DNA of 64,000 bases, taken from contig OX597814.1 in NCBI GenBank assembly GCA_951406725.2, forward strand, positions 44,330,001 to 44,394,000, given 5' to 3'. This document shows positions 1 to 14,534 of the stretch, one piece after another (the stretch's first letter is position 1; each line of letters opens with the position of its first letter). The notes under the pieces are model-generated. The model worked only from the letters and a program-made list of their open reading frames with translations. It did not search any database and was not told where the DNA came from. The translations under genes were made by a program, and so were the position numbers. The stretch is from Octopus vulgaris (taxonomy: Eukaryota).

Positions 1-2345
1 GGCATCAGAGTATCTCTGTGTATGGCATCAGCGCGACCATTCTATGCTTCTCTGCGATCTGAGATTGCACCAGCCAAAGATCAAATCCAGTGACATCTCT
101 CCAGTCGATCCATTTGACACTACGGATCTTCATAACGCAGACTGGGATGCGATCAATCAGGATCTTTCACAAGTTGATTTGAACTTCGCGCACGTACACA
201 CCCCTCCAACATAAATACATCATGGCAGATATTTATAGATACTGTGTCAAATATATGCGCAAAACATACTCCATTAGGATCAGTATACAAATCTAAGTGT
301 AGAATCCCTAGTTCAAGATGGCTGCCGAAATGTGAACTGTTCTTCGTTAAGCATGGTCACGGGGTGATACGATGGTAACCGACATCAGTTCCATCGTAAA
401 AGGGACTTACTTTGACCGCGTGGTGGCACATGAAACTGGCGTCATCAGAGTATCTCTGTGTATGGCATCAGTAAGATCAGTGCGTATATACGTGCAATTA
501 TTAGAAGTGCAATTATTAGAAAAAGAAAAAAGAAAAAAGAAAAAAAAGAAAAAGGAAAAAAAGAAAATCAACGCATCCATTCAACTGCCATTGCATCACT
601 CGAATCGAAAAAACACGATCTCCAAAAAGGCATGATGGCCATCATTAACAGCTGAGGAGAGGCACGCCATTGAGAAAATAAAACTCAATCCCAAAATTTT
701 CATTACATTAGCAAACAAATCATAAAGACGCTGTTTCCAATGCTGGTTCTCTGGTTGACGAGAACAATACTCTATACGATGATGCAATGTCCACCTGCGA
801 GATCCCGCAGAGACAATACTGCTCTGTCTTCACTAACCCTAATGTGATTGATCTGGCTAGCATCCGTGATGTAAACTCTTAACTAACCATATCTGACATA
901 ACTTTCGGTGCTGCTGATATCCTAACAGAAATAGATAAGATCACTCACAACTCGGCAGTAGGTCACGATAAGTTCCCGGCCACTGTCCTGAAGATGTGTT
1001 GACATCAAATTGCAACCTCTCTATCTGAGCTCTGGAGAAACCCACTTCATGCTGGCTACATTCCTGACCATTTTCTCTCCCAGCCTGCATTTCAAGTCTT
1101 CAAAAAGGGAAAAAATCTCTTGCAGTGAACTACCGTCCGATTTCACTCAATTCTCTCATCATTAAATTTTTTGAGAGGGTGGTGAGATAGCGAATAACTC
1201 ACTTCCTCGAAGTTAATAATCTGCTGAACCCCAACCAGAATCGTTTCCGTGATGGCAAGGACTTCCTGTCGCAGCTTGTGCACCATTTTGATGACATCTT
1301 TAAAGTGTTAGGAGAGGGCTCCAGAACTGATGTCATATACCTTGAATTCAGCAAGGCATTTTACAGGGTGGATCACAAACTCCTCCTGAAGAAACTGTCC
1401 AACAATGGAATCCGTGGAGAGCTGCTGCAGTGGATAATGTGCTTCCTGACGAACAGGACCAACATGCTTTTTTGAGGGAATACGATCCAGCTCAGCCAAA
1501 GTCAGTAGTGGTGTCTCACAAGGTACTGTGTTGAGCCCAGACCTCTTCATTATTTACATCAATATCATAGATGTCATCAAACATTCTACATTGAAAATCT
1601 TTGCAGACGATTCCAAACTCCAGAAGCCATAAACGGCTTCAGTTAGATCTGTTTGCTATTATCCAATGGGCGGAGAAAACAATATACTTTTAAATGAAGA
1701 TCAGTTTGATTTGATACACTATGCGATAGTGTCATGCAACAACACCATAGATCTTGGAGTAATTGTTGATAGCAATCTAAGCTGGAGTCTCCACGTAGAC
1801 GGCAAGGCTGACTTGGCCCGCATGATGTGCTCCTGCTATCTGAGAACTTTCCGGTCTAGAGATGCCTACACGATCATCCTTCGCTACTCTAATTTTGCCC
1901 TAGCCCACCTTGAGTACTGTTGCTCACTGTGGGCCCCCATACGACGCAACTCATTATGAAAGTAGAAGCACTCCAGAGATCAATGCCAAGAAAGATAAGC
2001 GACATGAGAGGCATTGATTTTTGGGGTCGACTAAAAAACTCAGTTTCTACTCTCTCCTACGCCGCCGGGAGCGCTACATCATTTGTATTATGTGGGAAAT
2101 ATTCCATCAATATTGCACAAATGATGTTGGTATCAATTTTAAAATCCATCCAAGACTTGGCCCACGTGCAATCCGCCTACTACAAAAATCGAACTCGGTA
2201 CACATAGCACCATTACGTCACAATTACTTTACCTCAACTGGTCCAGCTCTCTTTAATACCATACAAAAATAGGTCAAAACTGAAACTGATTCCATAAAAT
2301 TCAAATGTTCACTGGACAAATTTCTTCAAAAATGGTCAGCAAGAT
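1..2345 (+). mobile_element. Degenerate CR1/L2-group LINE (RT region, many frameshifts and stops)
   Basis: RT motifs in fragmented frames: NYRPISL (~1128), DVIYLEFSKAFYRVDH (ORF 1278-1475), SGVSQGTVL, IFADDSK (~1597), HLEYCCSLWAP and YSLLRRRER. Confidence 0.8.
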
Positions 2346-2528
2346 GGGAACCCCAACACTACCATCGCTATGCTAAATCCTTCCTTCATGAGATCCTGCC
2401 AAACAGGTGGATTGTACGAAGGGGGGAAAGTCGAGTCATCCCGAAAAAGCTTCGCTGGTCTTCATCTTTGGGAGTAGTATTCCAGAGGCACACAAACAGG
2501 CTCTCTTTAAAAGGCAGCAGACACTATT

Positions 2529-2585
<57 letters not shown>

Positions 2586-2695
2586 ATATATATATATATA
2601 CATATCCATATACATATGACTATATGAATGCAATAGCACATTGATATATTTGCTTATTATATTGTCTCTCTTTACTTTTGTAATTACGATAATGT

Positions 2696-2730
2696 AGAAG
2701 AAGAAGAAGAAGAAGAAGAAGAAGAAGAAG

Positions 2731-2760
<30 letters not shown>
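2696..2760. repeat. (GAA)n microsatellite
   Basis: Perfect GAA tract; a (TA)n tract lies just upstream at ~2531-2615. Confidence 0.95.
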
Positions 2761-2761
<1 letters not shown>

Positions 2762-4053
2762 GATTTACCATTCAGCATGCCTTTAATTGGTAGAAGATTA
2801 TTATGAATGCAAAACAATACTTATACGGTGACAAATTTAATGATTAAGAGAAAACGACTGAAAAAAATACAATGACAAGAATACCACCAGCAGCAGCAGC
2901 AGCAATCTTCACGAGAAACAAAATAATAACAATTACTGAGACAATCATACATTTTTTTCTATTGAAAGTTTAACAGAAACAACCGAAGGAAATAAAAGAA
3001 ATAACAAATGAGAAAAAGACAAAAAGAATTCATAGAACGTAAAATAGGAAAAATCACCTCAATAAACAACTGTTACGGCAGCAATAATAACAACAATAAG
3101 AACAATTGTAAAGAAAAACAGATCGATATAAAAGCAACAATTTATACAGGCAAGAATTAGATTGATTTTTGGGAGAAAATGACTTTTCTTATAGACTCGG
3201 TAACTTTACCCAAGGGACAGAGGTAAAAGAAAAATAAATTCTGAAAAACATAGAGGTAAAGCAAATAGCAACAGTAATAACTATCATACGTTGAGCAAAC
3301 TAAAACAAAATGAAAATGTCCATATCAGAAGTTAACATTATCTATAGGTTATTGTAGAGCAGTAAAGTAAGATTTTAGAAATACAGCATAAAATTAAGAA
3401 ACCAAACAAAGATAGCATAAAGAATACGCAGTAAGATACAGACAGATAGAGAGAGAGAGAGAGAAAGAGAGAGCTGTAAAATTAAGCAAGTCAAATAGAA
3501 AGAACGAGAATGAAGAAAGAAATGAAAGAGAGGTGAAAGAACAAAACGAAAAATAAAATAAAATATTCGTAGGAGGAAAATCATTCAGGAAAATAAAAGA
3601 AAAAGAAAAATTAAACGCAAAGGTAAAATAGTTTATTTTTTATTTCAGCGTGAACTTATGCTATAAAGAAAACAAAACAATTTCAGTTTATTTCTTCGAA
3701 AAGTTCACTAAATACTGTTGCTATTGGCAGAGAAAGAATGGTGAGTGTATAATTTTATTTTCTTTGTATTTATTTTAAGCATTTTGTTTTAAAATGGTGA
3801 AAATTTAAAAATTACTTGTGGCAATGTAAAGTACTTCAGTATTGAAATTTTCTTTTGTTCTACGTATGTACTATTGAGTATGCATGTTTGTTAATCCATG
3901 TACATGTGATTCATATACATCATCATATGATGGGAGGATGATTATGTTTTCAACAGAAGATAGTTTAGAGTTTTGTCAACTTTATCAAACTGTAAACTTG
4001 TATCGATTTTAAATGATTAAGTGATTAAAATGAATTCAATATTTTACATATAT

Positions 4054-4248
4054 AAGGCGGCAACATGACAAAATCGTTAGCACATCAAAGAAAATGCTTT
4101 ATAGCACTTCGTCTGTCTTTACGTTTTGAGTTCAAATTTTGCGGAGGTTGACACTAACTTTTATCTTTCCGGAATAAAATAAGTACCGTTTGAGTACTGG
4201 GGCCGAAGTAATCCTCACTCCCAAAATTGCTGGCCAAAACTGAAAGCC
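4054..4248 (+). mobile_element. tRNA-derived SINE, family A (degenerate)
   Basis: aggcggc...aaatcgttagcac...gagttcaaatt B-box-like head and aataagtacc core shared with copies at 7642, 9013, 18985 and 22258. Confidence 0.65.
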
Positions 4249-4844
4249 AATAATATACATGCAAATTATCGTGTGGCTTTCATAGAAAGCTTTTCTAGCA
4301 GGCCACATACTAATCCAATATACAGAAAAGTTATACAAAGTGTCAATGCAGCTGAAATCCAGATGAAACTCGCGAATAACTACATGTGTAATATAGAAAC
4401 TATAAAATGTAAGGAGATATGAGCGATGAATATATGTATTGAACTACTTTTCATTATTAGAATTAGGGCTGTTTCACAGCTTTTTTGTGTATTAAGACAT
4501 TCAGTGTGGAATATAATTATGTTTACAATATTATGCATGCTATGCATTATACAATGAAATGTTGTATTCATAAATCATTTCAACTCAAGAAAGCAAGGTC
4601 GTTAGATCACCAGAACATCATGGCTACACTAAATCTGTGTATACATTCAAATACGTTTATGAATTTGGTTTGCAATATTCCTGATGTTAAATCGTATGTT
4701 GAAATAGACATTGTTTTATTTCAGGATGATCTTTTTTATTCAATTTTTCTTTTACTTTATTTTTGACAAATAAACACACGCATTATATTTGTTCTTGACT
4801 CGTATATTATTGTTCTTATTTTATCTTGCTTTGAGTGGGGAGGG

Positions 4845-5264
<420 letters not shown>

Positions 5265-5455
5265 CATATATATAATATAAATAATATAATGCATCTAATA
5301 ATAATAATAATACTTGATTCTTGTGTATGCATATACATGCAAAGATGTATGTACATTTAAGTGTAGGTATATGTATTTGTGTATATTTATGTAAATGTAT
5401 AAGTAAGTAAATGTGTGTGTATTTATATTTATAACTTAACCTTATGTACTTTCTA

Positions 5456-5584
5456 AAATCTCTGACGAAGCCCAGAGAAATACCCAATTACCTCAATTTC
5501 ATCTACTAATTACTTCAGTCTAAAGTAAGGATAACGGTAGAATGAGGTAATTTTGCCTCTTGGCTGAAACAGCTGTAAGATATT
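5456..5584 (+). ncRNA. Type I hammerhead ribozyme motif with long helix II (Penelope-type)
   Basis: atct-CTGACGA(5462)-agcccagag...ctcttggct-GAAA(5566)-C AGCT G-TA-agat. Helix II extends via aattacctca/tgaggtaatt. Predicted cleavage after A5577. Confidence 0.75.
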
Positions 5585-5811
5585 TCCCAATTTCTATTCC
5601 TATATGTTATATATTTTAATAATTACTGGTATCTTTATATATTTTATAAGTAAAGCATAATATGTTATACATGTATGTCTATTCTTGTAATTGTCATTTT
5701 AGTAAATGACATAATATATTGTTTAAAAGTTGATGAACCACCTATTGATCCCCCCATTTTCTTATTGCTTTCTCTCCCTCTCTCTCTCTCTATATATATA
5801 TACACACATAT

Positions 5812-6210
5812 AGGCGCTAGTGTGGCCGTAAGATAAGAAGCTTCATTCCCAACCACATGCTTCTGAGTACAGTCACTGCTGCGTGGTAGCTTGGATAAAT
5901 GACTTCTACTATAGTTTCAGGCCGACTACGGTTTTATATGTGGATCCGTTAGACGGAAACTAAAAGAAATCCGTGCTAAATATACATATTGTAATCCCTC
6001 GCCATATCGGGGTTCACTTATCGCGGTTCACCTATCGCTGTTTATTATTTAAGTTAGTGGTTCGGTAAAAAGGGACCAATTGAATAACTTCGAAGCTTTA
6101 TGAAAATAATAATCCGTAATGGGTTCCATTCGTTTAACTAAGTTTTTTCAAGGCTGTGCCCCAGCATGACCGTAGTCCAATTACAGAAACAAGTAAAAGA
6201 TAAAAGACAA
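5812..6210 (+). mobile_element. tRNA-derived SINE, family B (degenerate)
   Basis: aggcgctagtgtggccgt...ccaaccacatg head and ccccagcatgaccgtagtc...gaaacaagtaaaagataaaaga tail, matching 24281-24700. Confidence 0.65.
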
Positions 6211-6310
6211 TATATGTATATAAATATAAGCGTGGGGCGGTTGCGATTGCGTGTGCGTGTTATGCCTATTGATACAAATTGGTGCATCATAACAAGTATT
6301 CAACGTATCT

Positions 6311-6543
<233 letters not shown>

Positions 6544-6994
6544 TGTAGGTACATAGGTAGAGATACGGTTGTGTGTGTGTGTGTGTGTGTGTGTGTGCCT
6601 CTGTGTATAGACAGATACATAAAGATATACACTTTCATAGAATACCACAACAGAAATTTCCATTGCAGTGAATTAAATCTATGATCATACTGACTTTGAA
6701 ATTTGGCGTTGTTCAGGTTGGTTTCAAATACGATTCAAACGTGTAAGCCGAGAGATTGTGTAGATTTTATTCAATTCAAAACCGAATATTGCTGGCGACT
6801 AAGACTAACGTTTTCAAATTAAATGTGTTGTAACTTTAAACATCTTCATGTATCATTTTCAAGTTTTAAGTTCACCTGCTTTCGGTTTATGTCTCTAGCT
6901 GAGTCATCTGTCTCACTCTGTCTTTCGTTTTCTTCTCACTCACTTGTTGCATATACATGCATACATACATGCATACACACACACATACACACAC

Positions 6995-7035
<41 letters not shown>

Positions 7036-7641
7036 CGCAATCATAAGTATGAATGTGCATATATTTATATATGTGAGTATATGTATACACATATACACAT
7101 ACACACACACACACACAAACACACGCACATGTGTGCGTGTGTGTGTGTGGCAAGTTAAGTTAGGTCTAATAGCTTATTCCAGCAACAAAGAGAAGTTTTC
7201 ATTCTGATGTTTTTATATCGGAGAAAAGATTAAAAGCCTCATTAAGAGAATGTTCTTGGGGGGTATTGATGCACAATTGTCAAAATTCCTAGTGAATTGC
7301 ATTTCATTTTATTGGGAACAAGAATTATATAACTATGTTTAAATGCCAAGTAAAGTAGATTAGATAAACGTAAGTGATGGTGAGTAGGTAAAGAGACAAA
7401 ATATGGATTAAAGAAAACAGCAACAACAAAATTATTAAATGAAATTACTTGAATAAATGTCAACGAACTCTGGAGTGAAAAATTGAACTACTCTGATATT
7501 TCAGTTGAGTGAACCGTGGAAAAATGAAAGATTAATATATTATCAATTTAATGCAAGATAATCTATTCGTTTTCGTTCCAGTTATATCGCATGTTCATGT
7601 TTGTGCCATTCTGTATTTGTAAGTATCAACGATTGTATACC

Positions 7642-7873
7642 TATTTCTTTATTACCCACAAGGGGCTAAACACAGAGGGGACAAACAAGGACAGACATAG
7701 GTATTAAGTCGATTACATCGACCCCAGTGCATAACTGGTACTTAATTTATCGACCCCGAAAGGATGAAAGGCAAAGTCGACCTCGGCTGAATTTGAACTC
7801 ACAACGTAACGCAGACGAAATACCACTAAGCATTTCGCCCGGCGTGCTAACGTTTCTGCCAGCTCACCGCCTA
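7642..7873 (-). mobile_element. SINE family A, young, with 18-bp target-site duplication
   Basis: Flanked by exact direct repeat tatcaacgattgtatacc (7624-7641 and 7874-7891). tRNA-like head aggcggtgagctggcagaaacgttagcacg. Confidence 0.85.
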
Positions 7874-7999
7874 TATCAACGATTGTATACCGTCAGAATG
7901 AATATATTTGTCATGTATAAACGATCAGTATAGGTAGAGAAAATTTAAACCCTAATTAAATTAAATTTCAACCTAAAATTTTCGCGCACAATATTGATT

Positions 8000-8212
8000 T
8001 CCGATTTTGGAACAAGGCCAGCAATCTCGGGGAGGGGTAAGTCGATTATATTGACACCAATCTTCAACTGGTTCTTATTTTATCGATACCAATCTTCAGC
8101 TGGTACTTATTTTATCAACCTCGGTAGAACATGAATCCAGTTCGTGAAGACGGATGAAATGCCGCCACGCTTCTGCCCGGTGTGCTTAAAGATTCTGCCA
8201 GTTCGCCGTCTT
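8000..8212 (-). mobile_element. SINE family A (degenerate)
   Basis: Reverse complement of agacggcgaactggcagaatc...gataaaataagtaccag. Confidence 0.6.
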
Positions 8213-8299
8213 GTATTTGCACAAAATATTAAAATACATTATATTTCTTTAGCTTAAGTTTCAAAGCCACCATGGAAACCATTGCTAATCAATTAAATT

Positions 8300-8820
8300 C
8301 TTGAAAATCACATTAAACAGGGATAGTTCAACATACTACCCATACGGAAAATCAATAGATTAAGCGTAATACGTTCTCAAAAAAAAACAGGTTACTAAAC
8401 AATCTTACCACACATATAAATATCTTTAAAAAACTTACACATCGAGATATTGATGAGCTTCACAGCGAAGAAATCAACGAAGAAAACAACACAAAAATAA
8501 AATATCAGCTTTAAACAAGTTCTTGTAAAGGAACATAATCAAGCATAACCTTCCATATAACTTAAAAGTATAAAATTTGTATTTCAAAACATCCTTCAAA
8601 TTTTGCAAAGACACTTCCCAAATAATTAGAAAGTCCTAAATACAAATAACATACGAATTAACCATACGCAACATTTCACAGAATTAATAGCCGACCCGCA
8701 AATTAAACTTAAAAAACAAAACAAAACAGATAAACGTAATCTGTATTACTGTAATTTTTGTAATAGAAATGCATTTCCTCAAGGGTGCAAGTGTTTCATT
8801 AAAACATAAGAATTTTTATG
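8300..8820 (+). mobile_element. Highly decayed Penelope-like fragment (linker before the GIY-YIG domain)
   Basis: Remnants such as ILQRHFP, NNIRIN and YCNFCNRNAFPQGCKC parallel the PLE linker at 11100-11690. Confidence 0.35.
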
Positions 8821-8890
8821 TTACAGTTCGCCATATATTTTCCTAATACATACCGCTCACTCCACTCAATATAATTTCAGCCGCTCACTG

Positions 8891-8933
<43 letters not shown>

Positions 8934-9012
8934 CATATATCCATGTGATTCTATTTACGAGGGTATTCATATAAATGCAGCTACATATTCTTATTACTAA
9001 CTCATATTTACA

Positions 9013-9210
9013 AGGGCAGCGAGCTGACAATAATCATTTGCACGACGGGTTAAGGCTTAGCGGCATTTCGTCCACTTATACGTTCGAAATTCGAGTTCCC
9101 CTGAGGTCGGCTTTTTCTTTCATACTTTGTGATGGATAAAATATGTACCAGCTGAGCACTGGGGTCGATATAATCGACTTAAACTCTCGCCCGAAATTGC
9201 TAGCCTAGTG
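9013..9210 (+). mobile_element. SINE family A
   Basis: agggcagcgagctgac...cactggggtcgatataatcgactta core. Confidence 0.6.
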
Positions 9211-9950
9211 AGAGAGTCCGGAAGTGAACACTATTAAATTTACATCTAATACAGGATAAAATTTTTCATGGCCAGCATATTAAAAGATACCTTAATAGGT
9301 TAAATTTATAAACAACTTATAAACATGGGCAAAAGGAAAAAATATTCTAATGGCAAATATACCACTGCCCTTTGTTTATAAGTTGTTTATAAATTTAACC
9401 TTTAAAGGTATTTTTTAATATGCTGGCCATTGATAAAAGTTTTTTCGAAAAATTTTATACTATATTAGATGTAAATTTATTAGTGTTCACTTCCGTACTC
9501 TCTCATTCTGTGAGAGTTTTCAGTTCGAATCGCACGTGTCTCGAGATGTGCTGGAGATTTTCTATTTTGGATATATTTGGGGTACCTCGGTCTGCTCATG
9601 ACTTGGTGCTTGCTTCTTCCGTGGGTATGAGTAAGTATTTCATTTATGTCTTACGTATTTATCGCTGACGAGGAGAAAATTCTTATGAATTAACTCTGAA
9701 ATTGGGACCAATACGATAATAACGGAATTTTTTTAGAAATTTCTGTCGGCTTACTTCGAGACAAGCGTTCATAGTGGTAAATTATATGGTTATTGACAAT
9801 TTTTCTATTTTCGGCATATTTGACATTAGAATTTTGTTTCTTTTGCCCTTGTTTATAAGTTGTTTATAAATCTAACCTTTAAAGGTATTTTTTGATATGC
9901 TGGCCATTGATAAAATTTTTTTCGAAAAATTTTATCCTATATTAGATATA
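9210..9950 (+). mobile_element. Non-coding hammerhead-bearing element: ~477-bp unit, partial tandem plus 5' inverted arm
   Basis: 9210-9330 is the reverse complement of 9366-9504. 9844-9950 directly repeats 9366-9470. A second copy lies at 41385-42126. Confidence 0.75.
9654..9724 (+). ncRNA. Type I hammerhead ribozyme motif
   Basis: ttatcg-CTGACGA(9665)-ggag aa aattc ttat gaatt aa ctct-GAAA(9698)-ttg ggac caa-TA-cgataa. All three helices can pair. Predicted cleavage after A9713. Confidence 0.8.
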
Positions 9951-10142
9951 TATGTATATACATATATTTTATAATATATTATTATTTATATCAGGAAATC
10001 AGTATTAGAAAGTTCTTCAGAAAGATATATACGTGTGTAAAATAATTATTTTACTTAAAATATAAATATATATAAATGTATGTAAATATGTATAAGTATA
10101 AATATATAATATATTATAAAGCTTTTTTAATTAAGATTTGAT

Positions 10143-10237
10143 AGCATCTTACGATCGTTTCGCAGAAGTGCTGTCCCTATAATGGAATCCTATATTATAA
10201 GCATTTATAGACAACTGTTCTGCTCTTCAGAGATATA
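10143..10237 (-). ncRNA. Type I hammerhead in the inverted PLE pLTR
   Basis: Minus strand: tatatct-CTGAAGA-gcagaa...ttctgc-GAAA-C GATC G-TA-agatgc, with a palindromic helix III loop. Confidence 0.8.
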
Positions 10238-10439
10238 AAATTTGAATGTTGTATAATATATCGAATGGTAGTTTTTTTTCTTAATATGAAGTAATATGAT
10301 AAAATGGTGCTTGTTTGAAATATAAATTAAAAATTAAAAATTACTGCTTTTCATTTTGGTAAGTACACTTTAGTATTAGTGTCTTTAAATCCATATAGAT
10401 TTAGTAGGCTTATATTTGTTATTTGAGTCTAAACACTAC

Positions 10440-12048
10440 TTCCCATCTCTGAAGAGAGGATTATATAGAGATGACGCACTTCTAGTATATAACGGTAGAT
10501 CCAAAAGAAAAATAGGAAAAATGAGAGAGGAACTACAAAAATTTTAGAAAAATGTTGATTTATCTATGACATTTGAGGAAAGTTATTTTAAAGCAAAAGT
10601 TTTACACGGAACATTAGACCTTAATAATTCAACCTACTCTCCATTTCATAAACCTAATGAATATCTTAAATATATAGATATTAACTCAAATCATCTTATA
10701 TCCTTACTTAAAAGTATCGTAAATAGTATATATACTAGAATATCTGACCTATCTTATAATGAAGAAAGTTTTAATAATCATGCCAATTATTACAATTAGG
10801 CTTTAGCTGCTAGTGAATTCAAACAAAACATTAAATACATAATGGATACTGAACTAAAAATTTACATAGCACAACTGGAATTAAACGAAACTACATGTGA
10901 TACTAAAATAAGAAATAAAGGTAATCTTAACTATAACAATAATACGCAATTAATACAAAATGACGAAACTTCTACACAAGACAAAAAAAAAATCTAGAAA
11001 AAGTAATGATAGGCAAATAACTAAATATAATAATAACAATAAATACTCAGTGAAAAATATACAAATTCCAAAACCAATATATAAACGTACTAAACTACCT
11101 TATAGGTGCAAAAGCGAGAAATTATTTGGTACATACCTCAATTTTCATTAAGTGTTAAGGATTTAGCACAAAATTCTTTGAATATAGTTAGAAAAAGGAA
11201 TCACCACATATTTAATAGATCATCAATTAAAATATCCTTCTCTACAACACCAAACGTAGGATCTATTATCGCCTGTTCTAATAAAAGAAAAATTAACAAA
11301 TATAAAAACAGCTATAATAATAATAACAATAACAATAATAATAAGATGAATTAGCAACAGGAGTATATGTAAGACTCAGAATACTGGAACACCTAACAAT
11401 TATATTCATATAACAAACCCCAGCAAAATTATAACTACCATACATTTGAAAATATACAAAATGCCTTAGATAATACAATACCACAAGCTAATAAAAATAA
11501 AAATAATAATTCACAAACAATAAATATATCTAACTCTACGTTAAATAATACTACAATAAATTCAACAATAATACCATACACCACAAATAATCATAACCAT
11601 AGTAGACACTATTCTTCTGAACGGAAATATGAAAATAAAAATAAAAACTGCTCATGTAAAAATTTAAAAAATTATGCCCTTTAAAAGGTAATTATAGAAG
11701 ATTTAACGTAAGCTACAAATGCATAGTAAAATTCATAAGTCACATAGTATGGTATATATAGGTAATTCCGTTAATTTTAAACAAAGATTATTAGCACATG
11801 TACACTCCTTTAAACCAAAAATAGCTACCAATACGACACCATTTGCTAAATATATACATAAACTTAAGAAATACAGAGTTTATTATAAATTAGAATGGTC
11901 AATAATAGATTCAGCCACACCATACATACATAACTCTAATAGTTGCCGTCTGTGTATGAAAGACTCTCTGTATATATCATTATATAAGCATAAGAACTTA
12001 ATAACTTGCCAATCAGGAGCACTTTCAACATGTCGACATAGGTTTTAG
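10440..12048 (+). pseudogene. Disrupted Penelope-like ORF: RT C-terminal part plus GIY-YIG endonuclease
   Basis: GLYRDDAL (~10459), KYIDINSNH (ORF 10566), REIIWYIPQFS and HHIFNRSSIKISFS (ORF 11106), VYIGNSVNFKQRL...H and CRLC...CRH (ORF 11719). Confidence 0.8.
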
Positions 12049-12585
12049 AAATATCTTGAAATATTATAAGAGATCTAATAAAGATTTAGATTAGTGACTA
12101 TATATATGGCTTCTTTTTGGTGATATCAAAATATAAGGTGATACTTACAAACAGATTGATAGATAAATTTGACTATACGCACATTTACATGACATAAATT
12201 TTATATTAAATAAAGATTGAATATATATTCTTGGAATTAGAACCCGTGCACATCTAATCTATAACAAATGGACAGTTATAATTGCATTAAATGTAAAAAT
12301 GTAAACATTTTAATTGGCATCCTCCAATTATAAAAATAAAAATATGAAAGAAATATTTTGACCAATTTATAACTATAAATTTACATATAATTTCACATAT
12401 AATTTCACATATAATTTCATTTTATATTATTTAAGTTTATGAAGTATATTTGGAATACAGGACAATATAATGGATTTTGTAAATAATTATTATGGATTAC
12501 TACAGAAGAATTACCAAGGAGGCATACATGAATTTCAAGACCCTCATACTAAAGTTTACTTACCAAAATTTTAAATTTATATTTC

Positions 12586-14143
12586 GCGTTAAGGCCTCGA
12601 TGTCAACAAGGGTCACGGCCCTGACGGCATACACCCACGGGTTATCAAAGCGTTGGCTCCGGTCATCTGCGAGCCCTTAACACGTCTATTCAATATGGCA
12701 TTGGCGACGGATGTTATACCTGCGGACTGGAGGACAGCGATAATCTGCCCAATTTTCAAGAAAGGGAGCCGCGAAGACCCGCTTAACTACCGACCGGTTT
12801 CCCTTACATCAATAATCAGCAAGATATTCGAAACCATCCTTAAGAAAAGTATGATGCTCCACCTCCAAGACACAGCCTCTATCTTTGATTCCCAACACGG
12901 CTTCGTGCCGAAGAGATCATGCTTGACCAACTGACTGGTAATGGAAGAATTGGTGACGCGCATCCTCGATGATAGTGATGCTGTTGACTCGTTTTATTGG
13001 ACTTTGCCAAAGCTTTTGACTCGTTAAACCACCGCCTATTACTTGTCAAGCTTCAAGCATATAGTTTCCATCTGGATATTGTACGATGGGTTGGTGCCTT
13101 CCTCTCAGATCGCTCCTTCCAAGTCCAAGTTAATGGTTCGCGGTCCGACGTCTCCAGTGCGAGCAGTGGCGTGCCTCAAGGTTCAGTGCTTGGGCCCTTA
13201 TTGTTCTTAGTCTTCATAAATGGCTTGCCAGACGGCCTCAGGCAACACACCCGTCTATTTGCCGACGATGTCAAACTGGTCGCTCCTCGTGGTGATATAG
13301 AGGAACTTCGTCGATGCCCCCACCAAATTTGGAGATGGTCTAACGAATGGGACCTGTGTCTGAACGTGTCAAAGTGATGTCATCTGCCTGTTGGCTCTCC
13401 TCCTGCAACTCAACTTGATTTCGAGCCGGGTCGTCTGCTGCTGGAGAGGACCGATCAGGTAAAGGACATAGGTATCTTGGTGGATTCCTCCTTTTCGCCT
13501 TCGGTCCAGTGCATCCATGCTGCCAACAAAGCACGCGGAATTCTGTTCTTGATTCGACGGTCATTCGGAATGCTCACAGCAGCCATATTCCTACCGCTCT
13601 ATGTCCCGCTGGTGAGACCCATACTGGATTCAAGCCTCTTCTCCTTATCTCCTCAAAGACATACAGCATCTCGAAAGAGTCCAGAAGCTGGCTACCCACA
13701 TGGTTCTTGGCCTCAAGAATTTGTCTTATGAAGAAAGGCTGAAGACGCTCGACCTTTATTCTCTAGAAAAACGACGACGCCGTGGAGATCTCATTCTTGC
13801 TCACAACATCATAAGCGGAAAGTGTAACCTCTCGAAAGACCTGTTCTTCACTCCTGCTCCAGAGCGTCGGCTGCGAGGTCATTCCGTAAAGCTCTATCTG
13901 CGACGATTTCATCTCAATCGAATGAGAGGGGCTTTCTCCGTCCGGGTTGCGGATCCGTAGAATAAGCTGCCAAACGAGATGGTGAAGATGCCGACGACCG
14001 CTCGGTTCAAAGTCTCCCTTGACCTCAAGTGGCCTGAACTCTTTACATGAACACCACCCTGTACATAACTCCATGTCCCCCTACATGGCCTTGCTTTTTG
14101 CTTTTTGAGCCAAATAATTAACTAACTTAACTAACTAACTAAC
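12586..14143 (+). mobile_element. 5'-truncated CR1-group LINE nested in the PLE pLTR
   Basis: NYRPVSLTS, QHGFVPKRSCLTN, DFAKAFD, SGVPQGSVLGPLLF, LFADDVK and LSYEERL motifs, plus a (TAAC)n 3' tail. Probable 5-bp TSD atttc (12581-12585, 14144-14148). GC-rich relative to flanks. Confidence 0.9.
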
Positions 14144-14534
14144 ATTTCAAACACACCATTTTCCCATATTCATAATTTTTTTTTTAACTACGATTCGTTA
14201 AATTATGCAAATTTCACATTTAATATTTCTGAAGAGCAGAAGAATTATCTATAAATGCATATCCATATAGGATTCAATGATTTTATATTATCTAAGTCTA
14301 GGAACTATATTTGGAATACAGGACAATATAATGGATTTTACACATAACTATTACGGATTATTACAGTAGACTTACCAAGGAAGCATATATTCATTTAAAG
14401 ATTCTCATACCTACCAAATTGAAAAGCTGAAATTTTTAATTTGTAATTTATATTTCAAACAGACACCATTTTATCATATTACTTCATATTAAGAAAAAAA
14501 TTGCCATTCGATGTATTATAAAAAATTCAAATTT

